Origin: Ophelia neglecta
Taxonomy: Eukaryota
Reading direction: 5' to 3'
Length of the DNA: 64,000 nt
Assembly: GCA_965285935.1 (NCBI GenBank)
Contig: OZ260663.1
Coordinates: forward strand, 75,392,001-75,456,000
In this document: one piece after another, positions 13,413 through 25,849 of the stretch
Layout: the number at the start of each line of letters is the position of its first letter
Position numbering within the stretch: the first letter of the stretch is position 1
Translations under genes and position numbers: made by a program
The notes under the pieces: model-generated
What the model saw: the letters and a program-made list of their open reading frames with translations, nothing else
Database searches by the model: none
Told to the model about the DNA's origin: nothing

Positions 13413-13949
13413 TTAATGGTTAAAAGGGCTAAATGAGCGAAGTTAAGAGCATGTTGTTAAAGGAACCTGTACCAATAATATGAAAAAGATACCATAGAAG
13501 TTTCAAAATCAGTAGTGTATGGAGGAGATAACACGTTCTGATCAATGATTAATGCCTCATCCCGCTCGTGTATCTCAGGAGGTTTAACGCTTTGTCAGGT
13601 TCAGTCATTTGTCACGTGCTGGTAGCACTATGGGGACGGAGGGTTGTCTAGCCCGCCATCCATACATCATTATCCACCGCGTTGGTCGATTAGCGATAGA
13701 TCGCTTGACATAAAAATCCTATCCATGTAATTAGTCTCTCTCTGCAATGTGATAAGTCTTCTTAGTATAGGGTACTCGTTTGCAAAACAAAACTGTATCG
13801 AGATAACTGATTTAAAGAAAGTCCACGGGATTTTCCACTCGAAGGGACTACATTTGCTCTTTTTTGCAAGGAAGAGGACTTTTTGAGACTCATTTTGCCA
13901 GCACATTCGATACAAATGCGCCTGAATCCGAAGCTTATACGAATACCTG

Positions 13950-14070
13950 ATCTGAATTTTCCCGTGCACAGATTCAAGCTGGGCCAGTCAACTATTTCAA
14001 GCTATAGGGTACTAACGGTAAAAACCAAACGTAATTAGTATGCATTGCTTTCTGGATGCCGAGTTGGAGG
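13950..14070. repeat. Dispersed duplicated segment, partner at 45410-45530
   Basis: tagggtactaacggtaaaaaccaaacgtaattagtatgcattgctttctggatgccgagtt vs tagggtattaacggtaaagccaaatgtaattagtattcattgggttctggatgctgagtt. Confidence 0.7.
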
Positions 14071-15559
14071 ACTATCCGCCCTAAGCGACTGCCTGAGAAC
14101 TTTCCACACTCTGCGAGGAACAGGATCCACAAAAATGGTCAACTGTAAACGCAGATTGATCGAAATAAAACCAGGAATCTTGGCCAGACATCCCTTGCTC
14201 TAATCACGTACAGAATCTGGACCGTGGTAAACGTGTCTTGAATACAGATCTTCATAACCTTTACACTAGGTTTTTTTTCCTGATTTTCAGAAAACGATGC
14301 AGACAAGGTTGAACAGTTTTGGCCAATAAGATAGCTGCTGCTACTTAGAATTTGTCGCTCCTCCTGAATGATTAAGTGCTCGGAATGTGAAAGTACGTTT
14401 GCCGAGCATATATGATAGATGATGCCTGTCTGTATAAGGGATCACATTTCTGCTTTTTAGTACTACACATTGAATAATATTTTGAACTGTGTGTCTTATA
14501 TTGTTGACTTTTTCTGTTCTCTGGAAAATGACTTGTATACCAAAAATGATCCAAATTGCAAAATGGTAATTCATTTGAAATGAGAAGATACATTTAGAAA
14601 AGACAAAATTAACCAAGACAACATATCGGCAAGAACCCAGTGATTCATATTCTGCTACTTTGCACTCAAAATAAATTTCCATCTGCTTTGGCCCGAAGGA
14701 CCACAACGTGACAGCCGGCCGCTCTAGGTTTTCTCTTTATTATTATTTTATCTAGTCACCAACCTATTTCTCCCTCTAGTGGCACGGGTCATTACTACAC
14801 TGCTGGTACAAAGCTTTTGAGCACCCGACTTTTTAACCCTTAAACCTTACCTCGGGACAAATAATTTGATAGAAACTATGGCTGCATCCGATTGACCAAA
14901 TAATGCCTATACGTGGTGTACACATAATGTCCTACATAAAACTAGCAGTTCATCGCCGTCACTCAAAGTTCCACCCGGGAAGTACTAAGACGTGTTGGAT
15001 ATACTTTCAACCGATATTTCACCCGTTACAAATGTAAAAGAGCAAGTACATTTATTCCCATGACATTGTCCAGTGCCGTTGGCTTCTGCATATGAACGAT
15101 ACAGTTAACTATGCCAGGTCTCTATACCAGAATATTTATCGTACATGTTCTTACATATATCTGAAATTTTGAATAAATGGCCGTCAGCTAATTATTAGAC
15201 ATCGTAGGACTCAGGCTACACAAAGGAAATCTTTACGAATGTGACATGCACACTGAAGACAACTACGTTACGGTCAACGTTATAGAAAAAAATTGGGTTG
15301 GAAGGTATGACTATGATTATATAAATGTCAATAGTGTAAATGAAATAGCGTATATTTGTGTATCTTACAATCATTTTCTATTGACTGCCCTAGTTTACTG
15401 TCGATTCTCGAAAAGGACAAAATTGTAAGTTTCAAGGAATAAAATCGGATCATAAACCTACTGATTCGTCCTTTATAATATTTTAAAGTTATCCTTTAAT
15501 TACTTAATGAGATATTACGACAATAGTTGATAAACCAATTATGGCAGAAGCGTAATTGC

Positions 15560-15900
15560 TTCATCTTTTACCTGCTGTCTGTCCTACACATTGTGTATCA
15601 GTATATAGGTCAACTGGAAACCAGTTTGCAGATAAGAATAACCGCTCTCCTTTTTGCTGGCGTGACCATTGTTGAGATTCAGTATCAACGTAATTACATC
15701 CATTCCCGAAGTCCGTGTTAACAAGAATTCTTCTGATACGATAGCAGATATCATCCCGGCAGACACGAAACAGGTCATACCAGTCAAAGTGCTCCAAGCC
15801 CTGGCATAATCGATTGTGGAAATAAACCTATTGCCGGGCAGTTGCTAAAGCACTCGTAAAACCTAAACAAGTGTCCCAGAGGTGTCTTCACGTTATGGTG
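15560..15900 (-). pseudogene. Decayed type-B family copy
   Basis: ggcataatcgattgt matches 59077 and 29922. Residual frame AWSTLTGMTCFVSAGMISAIVSEEFLLTRTSGMDVI parallels TFIVIAFEGILDNSRRPSRQDVF at 29.8 kb. Confidence 0.45.
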
Positions 15901-16139
15901 CTACATAATAAGCCACTTCTCTGTAAATTGGAGAAGTCAATAAAAGATGCCCTTCCCAACCCAATACACATTTATGGCCTTTAATGACTTGGCCCCGAGT
16001 TTTCGATAATGAGTCGAGGTCTAGGCAACAGAGAGTATCCCATCATTTCTTTATCGCAGACTAATGTGCTATTTCTGTACTTTTATTACACAGAATCTGT
16101 ATTTTTGCATGCACATTGATGTAGGCTCATTTATTATAT

Positions 16140-17750
16140 AATTCAATTCATTTTAATTCAATTTATTTCAATTTATTTTCCATATTTAAAGTTTTTATTT
16201 TCACATACAAATTAATATAGACTGATGAGAAGTTGCATTATTATAATATGGCAGGTGTGAGAACCATTTAAGGACCATAAACCCAAGGGAATATAACAAT
16301 CGAAGAAAATTAATGTTCAACCTGGTTAGATCTTGTACATGTATTCACATTTAATAAACAAATAGGTGCATCAGGTTATTATTCAGTAGAAGACATAATT
16401 ATGTGGATAAACAGTTGTGCTTATAGACACATACAAATAATACATACATATGTAGAGAGGAAGAAAAAGAAAGCAAAATAGACAGACATTGCTGAATGAT
16501 GATGGTTGGATTAACGAACAGCTTGAATGACAGCCAGTTAGCTACTTGTCCAGTGTAATAATGATGTACACACAAGTTCAATTAACAAAAAATGTAATGA
16601 TTCTTGTAAGCTCACTATTTAAGTAATTCAAGTCTTGATTGTTTAGAGGCTAAGTATATACCAGGAAGTATACCTTAGAATAGTCGATTACAATATGGAC
16701 GCTCCAGTAACCAAGCCAAAAGCAAGTTTTTTTGCCTTGGTGACTAGGTTTGGGCACGATACAACAGTTTTACCCAGCTCTTCTATGGTGTTACTCAAGT
16801 TTTATATGGATATATGTATCCTTTCATTCGTAGAAAATAATTTTCTGGTTTTCCACATTATTCCTAATCCCTAAACATTTTGTTATAATTTGCTAATTTG
16901 ACGCCATTTAACAAATTTTACGACTTCACTTTACATATTCCCATCAGTTATAAGGCATTCCACGTCTTTACTTTTAGATAATATATATTGTGGTCAGCTG
17001 TCTCAAAGGCATTTGAAACGGTAAGAAAACAGGCACATAACACAGTAACAAAGTTTCCTTGTCATTGTGATGTGTAAGGTGGGTAGATAGGTATATATTT
17101 GTTCACGAAATCCGAATTGATATTGCTGTTGTATGAAATGACTATCAACGATGTTTAATTAAGCGATTATACACAAGTCTTTCCAGTATTTTGACAGTAC
17201 TAACAAAACAGAGACTAGCAGGTAATTAGAAAAAAAAACCTTCATATATAGAAATTAATTTTACACTGTTGATTTCTTAGGAAAACATTACATTCGAAAT
17301 GACAACCTTGAGGAAACGGCTAAGGGAGCAATAAAATAATCCATTGATTGCCAAACAACTGAAAAATAAGAGCCAGACTGCAATAACTTTAATAATGAAG
17401 AATTTCCTCTGCAGAAACAGGATTCTGAAATGTACTTCGGCTGATATAATATTTGATAAATTCGGCATGACTGGGGAATCTTACTTACCAGACCAAAGAC
17501 AACATTTACAAAGAAATGTATTTGATTTCTAAGATATTAGGAGAGAAGTCTTGTTAAAGGGAGTTTGTTGGAGTGAACGGTCGAAGTATAACATGCTGCT
17601 AGCATTAAATTGATATTCCGTACTATTAGTGAATTAATGTACCATGAAAACTTTACATGAATTTCTTTTTAGTTGATATTATTTTTTAATCAAACACATA
17701 TATCATAATAACATATTACGTTTAATTATCAAACCTCCAAACATCGAGAG
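16140..17750 (-). mobile_element. Old, heavily mutated CR1/L2-group LINE (ORF2 RT region and 3' tail)
   Basis: Residual motifs in the expected order on the minus strand: FVNVVFGLVSKIP, NYLLVSVLLVLSK-(frameshift)-LERLVYNRL, QYQFGFR, CACFLTVSNAFETADHN, ANWLSFKLFVN, SLGF..LKW..H; (TTGAA)n-like tail at about 16140-16170. Confidence 0.75.
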
Positions 17751-18180
17751 AAGTTGATTTGAATGAGCGTGGAGCTGTAAGTTGCAATAGGGATTTTTTT
17801 TTTTTTTTTTTTTTATTTAATTGTTTATTTCTACAAGATTACATGCAACCTACAACGGACATTCCAGATACAATTCGTGACATAAGGCAAATAGCAAAAG
17901 GATTGGACCAAAAATAATGTAAATATTGAACCAAAGAAATAATGAGCTAGTAAGTACTTGAACTAGAACTATTAATAACAAAGGCAAATAACTAAAACTA
18001 CTGAACACAAAGTATTGTAAATATTGAACAAAAGAGATAATGAGTTAGCAAGTACTTAAGATCAGACTAATTCTATACATGCATACACTTGATTATTCCT
18101 TAGCTGACATACGTAAACATCTAAGTACGCAGACACATGCTCGTACATATACTTATATGTTGGCACCCATCTGTCCGATG

Positions 18181-21100
18181 CTATTTCAGTCTCAATAATT
18201 TTTCTCGATCAAATAGAATTGTTAGATTTGGATACATATCCCTTGTTCCGAATCTAAACTTGACAATGCTAAGTTTTCCTATTAATATAAGATAGTTGGG
18301 AATACGATTTAATATAGAATATGGGACAAACCCTAATATAACATTCTCTTCTGTGAGCAATACCCTCTTATTTAACAACACAGAGATTTCCTGTTCTATA
18401 GAATTCCACAATTTTCTGACTCGATTGCAGTAATAAAGCATATGATCTAGTGATTCAACCACATTACACTCACTGCACATAGGAGAAACTGATTTACCTA
18501 TCTTAAATAAATATTTATTATTTGGGAAAATATTGTGGAGAATCTTCCACTGAAGGCTTATAATACGTGTTTCACTACACACTTGCCTAGCTAGTAGAAA
18601 TGTATGTGAATCAACTGCTTTATCCCCATAATTTTCAACCCAGTATTTTGTTATATGTGTTTTAAAATCAGGCATGTTAGATAATATTTCATTCCTAATT
18701 AATTTAGAATCTGTATTTTGTGTATATTTTAATTGTTTAAAAAGGATGTTGCGATTGCACTTGTTTTCTAATAATCTGTCTAGAGCTGGACGATTAAGTG
18801 CATTTCGAACAGCATTTAATTCCCACGAATTCAATGTGTGAGGTGGGAGTTTTTCCAAGACCATCTCCTCACAGAGGTTACCATTACTTAAAATATCACT
18901 AAGGTAAACTATTTCATGGTCAATCCATCTTTTAATAAATAAAACGCTTCCTCTATATTGAATATACCGATTATTGAACAAAACAGTGGATATGTAATTT
19001 TCTGTCACCTGATTTTCTGTCACCCATAATTGCAGAAGGTGGAGCCAGTAGCTTGGCTCATCCTTCGTCAGACCTCTAAATTTACCAAAAAAAAATATAG
19101 CTGTTAAAAACACTTAGATTTTTTCCGAGTCTGCCATAAAAAGACTGTGGTATAATTTTCCAAGAACTATTTTCATTATCTAACAATTTGCTTACCCACT
19201 TAAAGATCATCTGTTTAAACATAATATGCATATCTATCATGCCAAGTCCCCCTTCGTCGTAATTCCTGATCAGTATACTACGGGATACTCTCTCTGTCGC
19301 TGTAGTCAACTGTTGCCGCTGATTTGCCCACAGAAATTTATAACATATTCTGTTTATCCTTACAAGCACATTTTCAGGTATAAAGATACTTTGCATTACA
19401 TAATTAAATTGGCTTGCTAAAAAAGTTTTAACAATCTGGATTTTCCCTATAATTGTGAGATTTCGTTGGATCCATTGTCTGGTTATATTTTCACACTTTT
19501 TTATTCTATAATCAAAATTTTCGTCACATTCATAGGAATTCTTTGTATTAGATAGATATATGCCTAAAACTTTTAGTTGATTTTCGGGAAATATTTTCCA
19601 TTTTAAACCTAAAGTTGTTTTTCTTCGAAATTTCCAGCATCCTAACCAGATAGCTTCACTTTTTGACCTATTCAATTCTAATCCTGAGATAAAGAAAAAA
19701 GATTCTACCACCCGAATGAAGTTAATTAATGACTCTTCATCGGAAACCAATCCTGTACAATCATCTGCGAACTGTAATAATTTAGATGCGATGGCATTTT
19801 GATTACCTTTAATTTTTATGGGGATGCCCTTGATTTCTTGAGTCTGTCTTATTTTGCAGGATAATACTTCCAACCCCAAGATAAAAATCAATGGTGAGAG
19901 AGGGCAACCTTGCCGGATGCCCCGTCGTAGCTCGATCGGCCGAGTAAACCAGCCACTATGATTTACTATAGCCTGGGTCTTAACGTTTAAAGTTTTGATC
20001 CATCGAATAGCAGATGGTCCAAAATTGAAATCTTCAAACATTTAAACATATACTCTTTTGAGATGCTGTCAAATGCCTTTTTGTAGTCTAAGGCTACTAG
20101 AATTCCAGAAATATTTTTAATTCTAGTGTATTCCATTACATCTTCCACAGCCCGAATTACCTCTGCGGCAGAGCGACCCTTCATAAAGCCAGCCTGGTCA
20201 TTAGATATTATTTTAGATATGATTTTCTTTAGACGATTTGCTATTACCTTTGCAGCAATCTTATAGTCTATAGGACTTAAAGATATAGGCCGCCAATTTC
20301 CTAGCAGTTCTTTTGATAGACCTTTTCCTTTATGCTGTAAGGAAATAATGCTTGTCCTTTGATTCAGGGACATGTGCCCTGTATTATAAGCATAATTAAT
20401 AGATTGAGTAACCATTTCGCCAATGTCTGCCCAAAAAACTTTATACCACCCCGCAGTGAGACCATCTATGCCGGGGCTTGAATCATTTTTCATGCTTTTC
20501 AAAGCTCTGCTACACTCTTCCCTTGTAATCTCCCCCTCACAGGATTCCCTCTCCTCGTCGGTGAGACGGGGAACATTTATATTCTCAATAAATCGGTCTA
20601 ATCTTTCGTCGGAGAAGGCAATGTTTTTGTCATAAAGTTTAGTGTAGAACAAGTGCAATTCATTCAAGATTTCGTCTTTACCCTCAGTTCGTGATCCGTC
20701 ATCTTTCTGCAAAGAATTTATGGTTTTTCTTATTCCGCTGCTCCGCTCTAACCCCAAAAAGTACTTATTATTTTTTTCCCCTTCACAAATCCATCGATAT
20801 TTAGATCTCAATTGAGCTCCCTTTGCTAGCTCCATTTCATATATTCCTATTTCCTTATTATACTTATTAATCTGTGCCTTAATATATTCATTAGTTGGCG
20901 ATTTTAAAAATTGTTTATTAGCTTTTTCCAATTTGTTTTGCAAACCAGAGTACTTTTGTCTCTTTTCCGAAGCTCGTTTTTTACTGTATCTAAGAGTTAC
21001 TTGACGGACTTTATTTTTTAATATTTCAAATTTATAGTCGGGGGATACTGTTTCATAATCACTGTTGACGGATTTTATAACTTCATTTATTTCCTTTAGA

Positions 21101-21876
21101 TAATCTGCCTCATTTAATAACATATTGTTAAATTTCCAATACGAGGGTCCGCGTGAACTAGTTTCAATGCCAATTTCAATTACAACCCCCCTGTGATCTG
21201 TCATTGGTACGTCAATTATTTCACAACTATCTATTTTCATTAATAAACTGTCATCAGTAAATATATAGTCTAAACGCCTAGCTATATTCTGTGATTTGTG
21301 CCTCCATGTGTAATCTTTCTTATGAACATGGAATTTACGCCAAACATCATTTAATAGATCAGTAGCATTATTGAAATGTAAAATTTCCCTCTTTGGGTGC
21401 ATTAACCCAGATACAGTATCCAAGTTAGACCTCGTACAATTAAAATCTCCAGTCATAATTAGATAGTATTCTGAATAGTTTTTCATGAGATCTTGTATCA
21501 CTGTATCTAGCGAAATGAAAAACTGTATTTTTTCTGCTGATCTTGTTGGTGCATATATATCAATAAAAATATAATTTTGGTTATTGTGTGTAAGTGTAAC
21601 TGTTATCATTCTTGGATTATTAACAACTATTTTGAGATGATCATAATCAAAATTTTTTCTTATTAAAATAGCTTCCCCGCAGCTATGTTCTGATCCTGGT
21701 GCATATATTATTTCCCCTCCCCATTCGAACTTCCATTGACTAAATATTTCTTCGGTAATAAATGTTTCTTGCATGAGAATAACATCAAAATTGTTTCTCT
21801 TCAGAAAGTTAAACACCGTTTTCCTTTTTAGCCTTCTTCTCAATCCTCTACAATTAATAGTTAGAGCTTTTATCAT
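18181..21876 (-). pseudogene. LINE ORF2 (APE endonuclease + RT + CCHC finger) split by two frameshifts near 20040 and 19090
   Basis: Endonuclease motifs TINCRGL, LMQET, GDFN, RLDYIF, TDH; RT motifs WRPISL, DYKKAFDS, GIRQGCPLSP, QFADD; C-terminal CSEC...DHMLYYC. No in-frame stops within the three segments. Probable start MIKALT at 21876. Confidence 0.92.
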
Positions 21877-22234
21877 AATATATCTTTTTGAATAATAGAA
21901 GTTAACATACCTGGCACAGAGACACAAGTGATATATCCATAAACCCTAGTTTTGATTTGATAATTATGAGCAAATAGTTTAGAGCAACTCATTTTGTCCA
22001 AGTACCATATCCATATATCGTCACCATAAAAATTCAGAGGGCACATTTTATGATTAGCCATCGCCCTTATGCAGTTTAGATTGTTTTTCTATAGGAGTAA
22101 TTTCTTTTCTCTTTGGTGGCGCCTTTGGAGTCATATAATCTCTAATTGCCGTTTGGGCCGAATCCACCTTGGTCTTGTCTTTTTTTTACTTTTTTTCCTT
22201 GTTGCCTTTTTATTTGCCTCTACCTTGGTCCCTG

Positions 22235-22887
22235 TTAACGGCTCGGAGGAAATCCAGGCCCCACATCTGATTGGTCAATAGTAGATGTAGTTGGTTTCGT
22301 AGAGGACTGCTCCGTGTCCTTTCCCTCATCCTCATCAGGATCGTTCACAGCGTCCGTGGAGTCAGAAGACTCACAGTCTGGCTCTTCATCAGATTCTGGC
22401 TGTTCTGGGGGGGATGACTGAGCAGAGGGGATCTGCATGTCCTCACACTGTTCAGATCTGTGGCCAGTCAGATTACACAAGCGGCAACGAGTTCTGCTCA
22501 GTAAAATGGGACAGTTCTTAACATCATGGTCGTCACGACAATATTTACAATTCACAGGTTGGCCGTCATGATAGACCACAATAGGCAGATCAATCAACTT
22601 CATGGGGTCAACAGGATCAGCCAGGCTGAAGGTGGTATACCTCGGTATTGGATCCTTGAAACTACTCACATAACAGAATCTGTTACCAGACAGCAGGCTC
22701 TTAAACCTGGTGTTTGCCACTTTAGCAGCAGCTTTTTTCACAGACGAGGTTATCACCGCCTTTTCCTCAACCCAATCATTGACCTCTTCATCACTCACGT
22801 GAAAAGGTATACCGTGAATGGATATTCTGTGGGATTCAGCCTTCCTAGAAAAACCTGTTGTAGTTGTGAAATCTGAAATCACATATG
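22235..22887 (-). CDS. LINE ORF1, 5'-truncated (RRM-like region plus two CCHC zinc knuckles)
   Basis: RISIHGIPFHVSDEEV, CKYCRDDHDVKNC, CRLCNLTGHRSEQC. The first about 13 residues of the listed ORF come from the TSD and flank. Confidence 0.85.
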
Positions 22888-23168
22888 AAGTTGCAATAGG
22901 GATGTTCTTCGGTGTTAATGTGTACACTTATGAAAATGTTGAGGTATTTTTGATGTTCGGGACTGCTCCATTTTGTCCCGCAATCCGGATATTAAAGAAT
23001 GTCGACTCTCATGTTGTTTTGATTGAGCATGCAGCTGTTAGGTGCGATAGGGATGGCATTCTTCAGTGTTATTGTGCGAAATTATGAAAATGTTATGGTT
23101 GCTTTGTTGATTGGGACTGCTACATTTTGTCCCTCAATCCGGAGATTAACGAATATCGATTTTCATGT
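22888..23168. repeat. Tandem duplication of about 154 bp whose first unit (starting about 17754) is interrupted by the LINE
   Basis: ttatgaaaatgtt...gggactgct.cattttgtccc.caatccgga at 22928 and 23082. Unit 2 (23013 onward) contains the uninterrupted equivalent of the insertion site. Confidence 0.85.
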
Positions 23169-23259
23169 TTCCGTCCCTTGCTTCGTCAATCTGTTATTTT
23201 GCGCATTCTTCGTTATAACCTTTTCTAATCATCTTCGCGAACGCAAGATTCATAGAAAA

Positions 23260-23580
23260 TTGTGCATGGCCTTGACTCGTAATGTTCTCTTTCTATTTCC
23301 CTCTTCCCAAATTATATCGACTTTTGCAAATTATGGCTGAATATCGCCCAGCCATGTACCAGAATATACAAACATTCATGCAGATGGAGAAAAGATTAGG
23401 CAGGAAGAAATCTGGGAAGCGGGTAGCTGAAGTTAATGCTGTTTTGCTGTTACATGTTCCACAAGTTCGTGTCGTGTAAGCACAATTGGAGATACATCTG
23501 TTCCTCCTTCTTGAAAGACAAATGCTAGGCACCATTCGTCCCAGTCAAGACTCATCTTTGTATGAGAGCCAATATCAGTG
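23260..23580 (-). other. Conserved upstream block B, copy 2
   Basis: Clear collinear similarity to 1680-2010 (cagatggagaa; ttgctgttacatgtt.caca..ttcgtg; ctcat.tttgt.tgagag.caat). Confidence 0.75.
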
Positions 23581-25589
23581 CTGCTTACAACAACAAAATT
23601 TCACAGATGTGAAAGTATTTCATGATACCAAAATGATTTAAGTGCAAATTTATTTAGCGTGACGCAATACAAACAGATCATAAATCAGGCTTTAAGATAT
23701 CGAGTTGACATCATAGCTAAAACTAAGGGACTAACGATTACCACATCTCACCAAAACAATGTTGGAAACAAATATATAAGACCATAAATAGTATATTTGT
23801 TTATTAAAGGCCATACTGATCTCACGGAGCAGTGGCTCGGCTATGAATCACCAGGCACTCGTCCACTGCAGCATCGCTATGAATTACGAACTGCAATTGC
23901 CTGTTTCAAATAGTTTGGTCAGGGCCGGGGGGGGGGGGGGGAGAGGGTCGGGGGCGTGGAAGTGCATTTTTAACTAAGTACAACACACCCAATACAAGGG
24001 AAAGCATGGGGCGAGGAACAAATGGCCACCCACATTTCTCCTAGGCTCCCTCTCCCTCAATTCTAATGGCGTCCTTATTTTTCAGGTTATTCACATGACT
24101 GTTGTGTTTCGCAGTGGATGTCAGCTGAAAATAGCCATCGCAGTTTACAATATTTTGCAGCAGAAACAAGCATGCAATAGGTAAAATTGCGTCTTTTCAA
24201 TTCTGAAACTATAAGGTGGTCTCCTGCAAGTTGCCGAAAGGATATATCAAGACCGGCTAAACGCCCGAAAAGCAACCACAACAACAATGCCATTAAGTTT
24301 TAGCACATCTCAAGGGACATTATAAATTGATAACTCGATTTCGGTAGTGTATAACAGAAATGTCCACAATACTCTTCTACCGTGTCTAGCATACCTTTTA
24401 TATATACACTTTTTCCCCAAACGGGAGTGAATGCTCGGCAGACACCAACAATACAAAACACTTATTTAGGAAGCATATATCAGGAATCAGCGTCTGCAGA
24501 TCAACATACATCAATTCTCATATACATACAACTGGTGCATATTTATACGTATAAAACGGGAGTCAATAGCCGACAGATCCATTAGGTGATACTGGATTCA
24601 GATTAATTTGAAATTAGAAACAAAGGCCAGTGATAACCGTAAAATAAAATCAGCGAACACGTTAATTTAACCTATTAGGACTAATCAGATATGCAAGTGC
24701 CATTTCATTTCTAAGACTGAAAATTGAATATGTTTTTATGTGACTATTACGTTTTAACCAGTTGGCAGTGTGGCTCAAGTACTGATAATATATAAGTGAT
24801 ATACATATGCATTTGATCATCATGAAATGGTCGCATGCTTGCACTATGTTACGGTCATCTCATCGAGATTGTATTCAGGGACTTCAATAAATACCTTGAC
24901 GAATCTATAACATTATTTTTTATTATGCATAGAATAGCAATAATTAGCCATCTCGAAGTACCTGTGTGTAGCATTGTACCCACGGTTGAACTAAATTTGT
25001 ATGGGTTTGCGAACAATCCCTGCGATTAACCAGTATTTATGATAAAAGCCTTTTCCACAAGGGATACATTCTCATCGCATAAAAAGACATTTAGTTGCTT
25101 GGTTCTTTACCTTGTAATGGCTGACTGGCCAATGTCTTTCCCATGACAATGACTAGAGGAAACATGAATTGGGATTGAGAGCATGACATTAGCCTCTTTC
25201 TATACTGCCTGTGTTATTTATAACTCGTATGTTACTAGAAACACATTAACGCTGCCTGTTTCGGAAGTCACGCAAGAGACAATGTTGCGGATACTGTCGT
25301 GATTACTTTAAAGACGTGATGCCACTGCAAATATATTACTCACGGCCATACATTGCCACACACTGTAGCAACTAATATAAGTGGGGTTTTGTGTGATATG
25401 CTTTATCGGTGATCACATGTATTGCTTTCTCACCTTGACCTCTCTTTGCGTACAAGTCCATTCAAACGCATTTGTGCAAAGAAAACGATAATATTCAAAG
25501 AGGTGCAGAAATATGTCTATTATTACCGCATTAATTGATTTCCTTTTTTGGCGGCTTATGTGTGTGTGTGTGTGGGGGGGGGGGTTCTA

Positions 25590-25849
25590 GTCCCGAGGGT
25601 GGCCTCGATGCTTTTCTGCCTGGTAGCATTTCCATTTCTGGCTGTCTTCGATGATCTTGTCACTGGCGCCGTCATCGCGGTGTCCAGAGAGAATCAAAGC
25701 CATCTGCAAGCCACAATTATCTTGATTATCTGATTAGTCGGAGTGCGACGGGAATTAGAATGGCCTGGTTCCCATGGAATGTGATAAAATGGACTTTGAC
25801 GAGAATTTCTTTTCCTGTCACTAATGATTTCAGACATTTGACAGCAGTT
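25590..25849 (-). pseudogene. Truncated type-A family copy (5' half of exon 2; TM and tail missing)
   Basis: ccatttctggctgtcttcgatgatcttgtc aligns to the stalk codons; acceptor AG at 25851-25850; upstream ATG at 25775; main ATG mutated to TTG at 25716; homology ends at a (GT)n/G-run near 25560-25585. Confidence 0.75.

Larger units (their letters stand above)
17795..22887 (-). mobile_element. Young 5'-truncated L1-superfamily (Tx1-like) non-LTR retrotransposon, about 5.1 kb
   Basis: Pure poly(A) tail (T run 17794-17814); exact 16-bp TSD aagttgcaatagggat at 17779-17794 and 22888-22903; partial ORF1 with two CCHC knuckles; ORF2 with APE endonuclease, RT and C-terminal zinc finger. Confidence 0.95.

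Noticed and set aside
17460-17540. Apparent family exon 1 donor (acttacc) plus tgatttctaag
   Set aside because: The same bases encode the CR1 ORF2-like motif FVNVVFGLVSKIP in register with other CR1 motifs, so the resemblance is probably coincidental.
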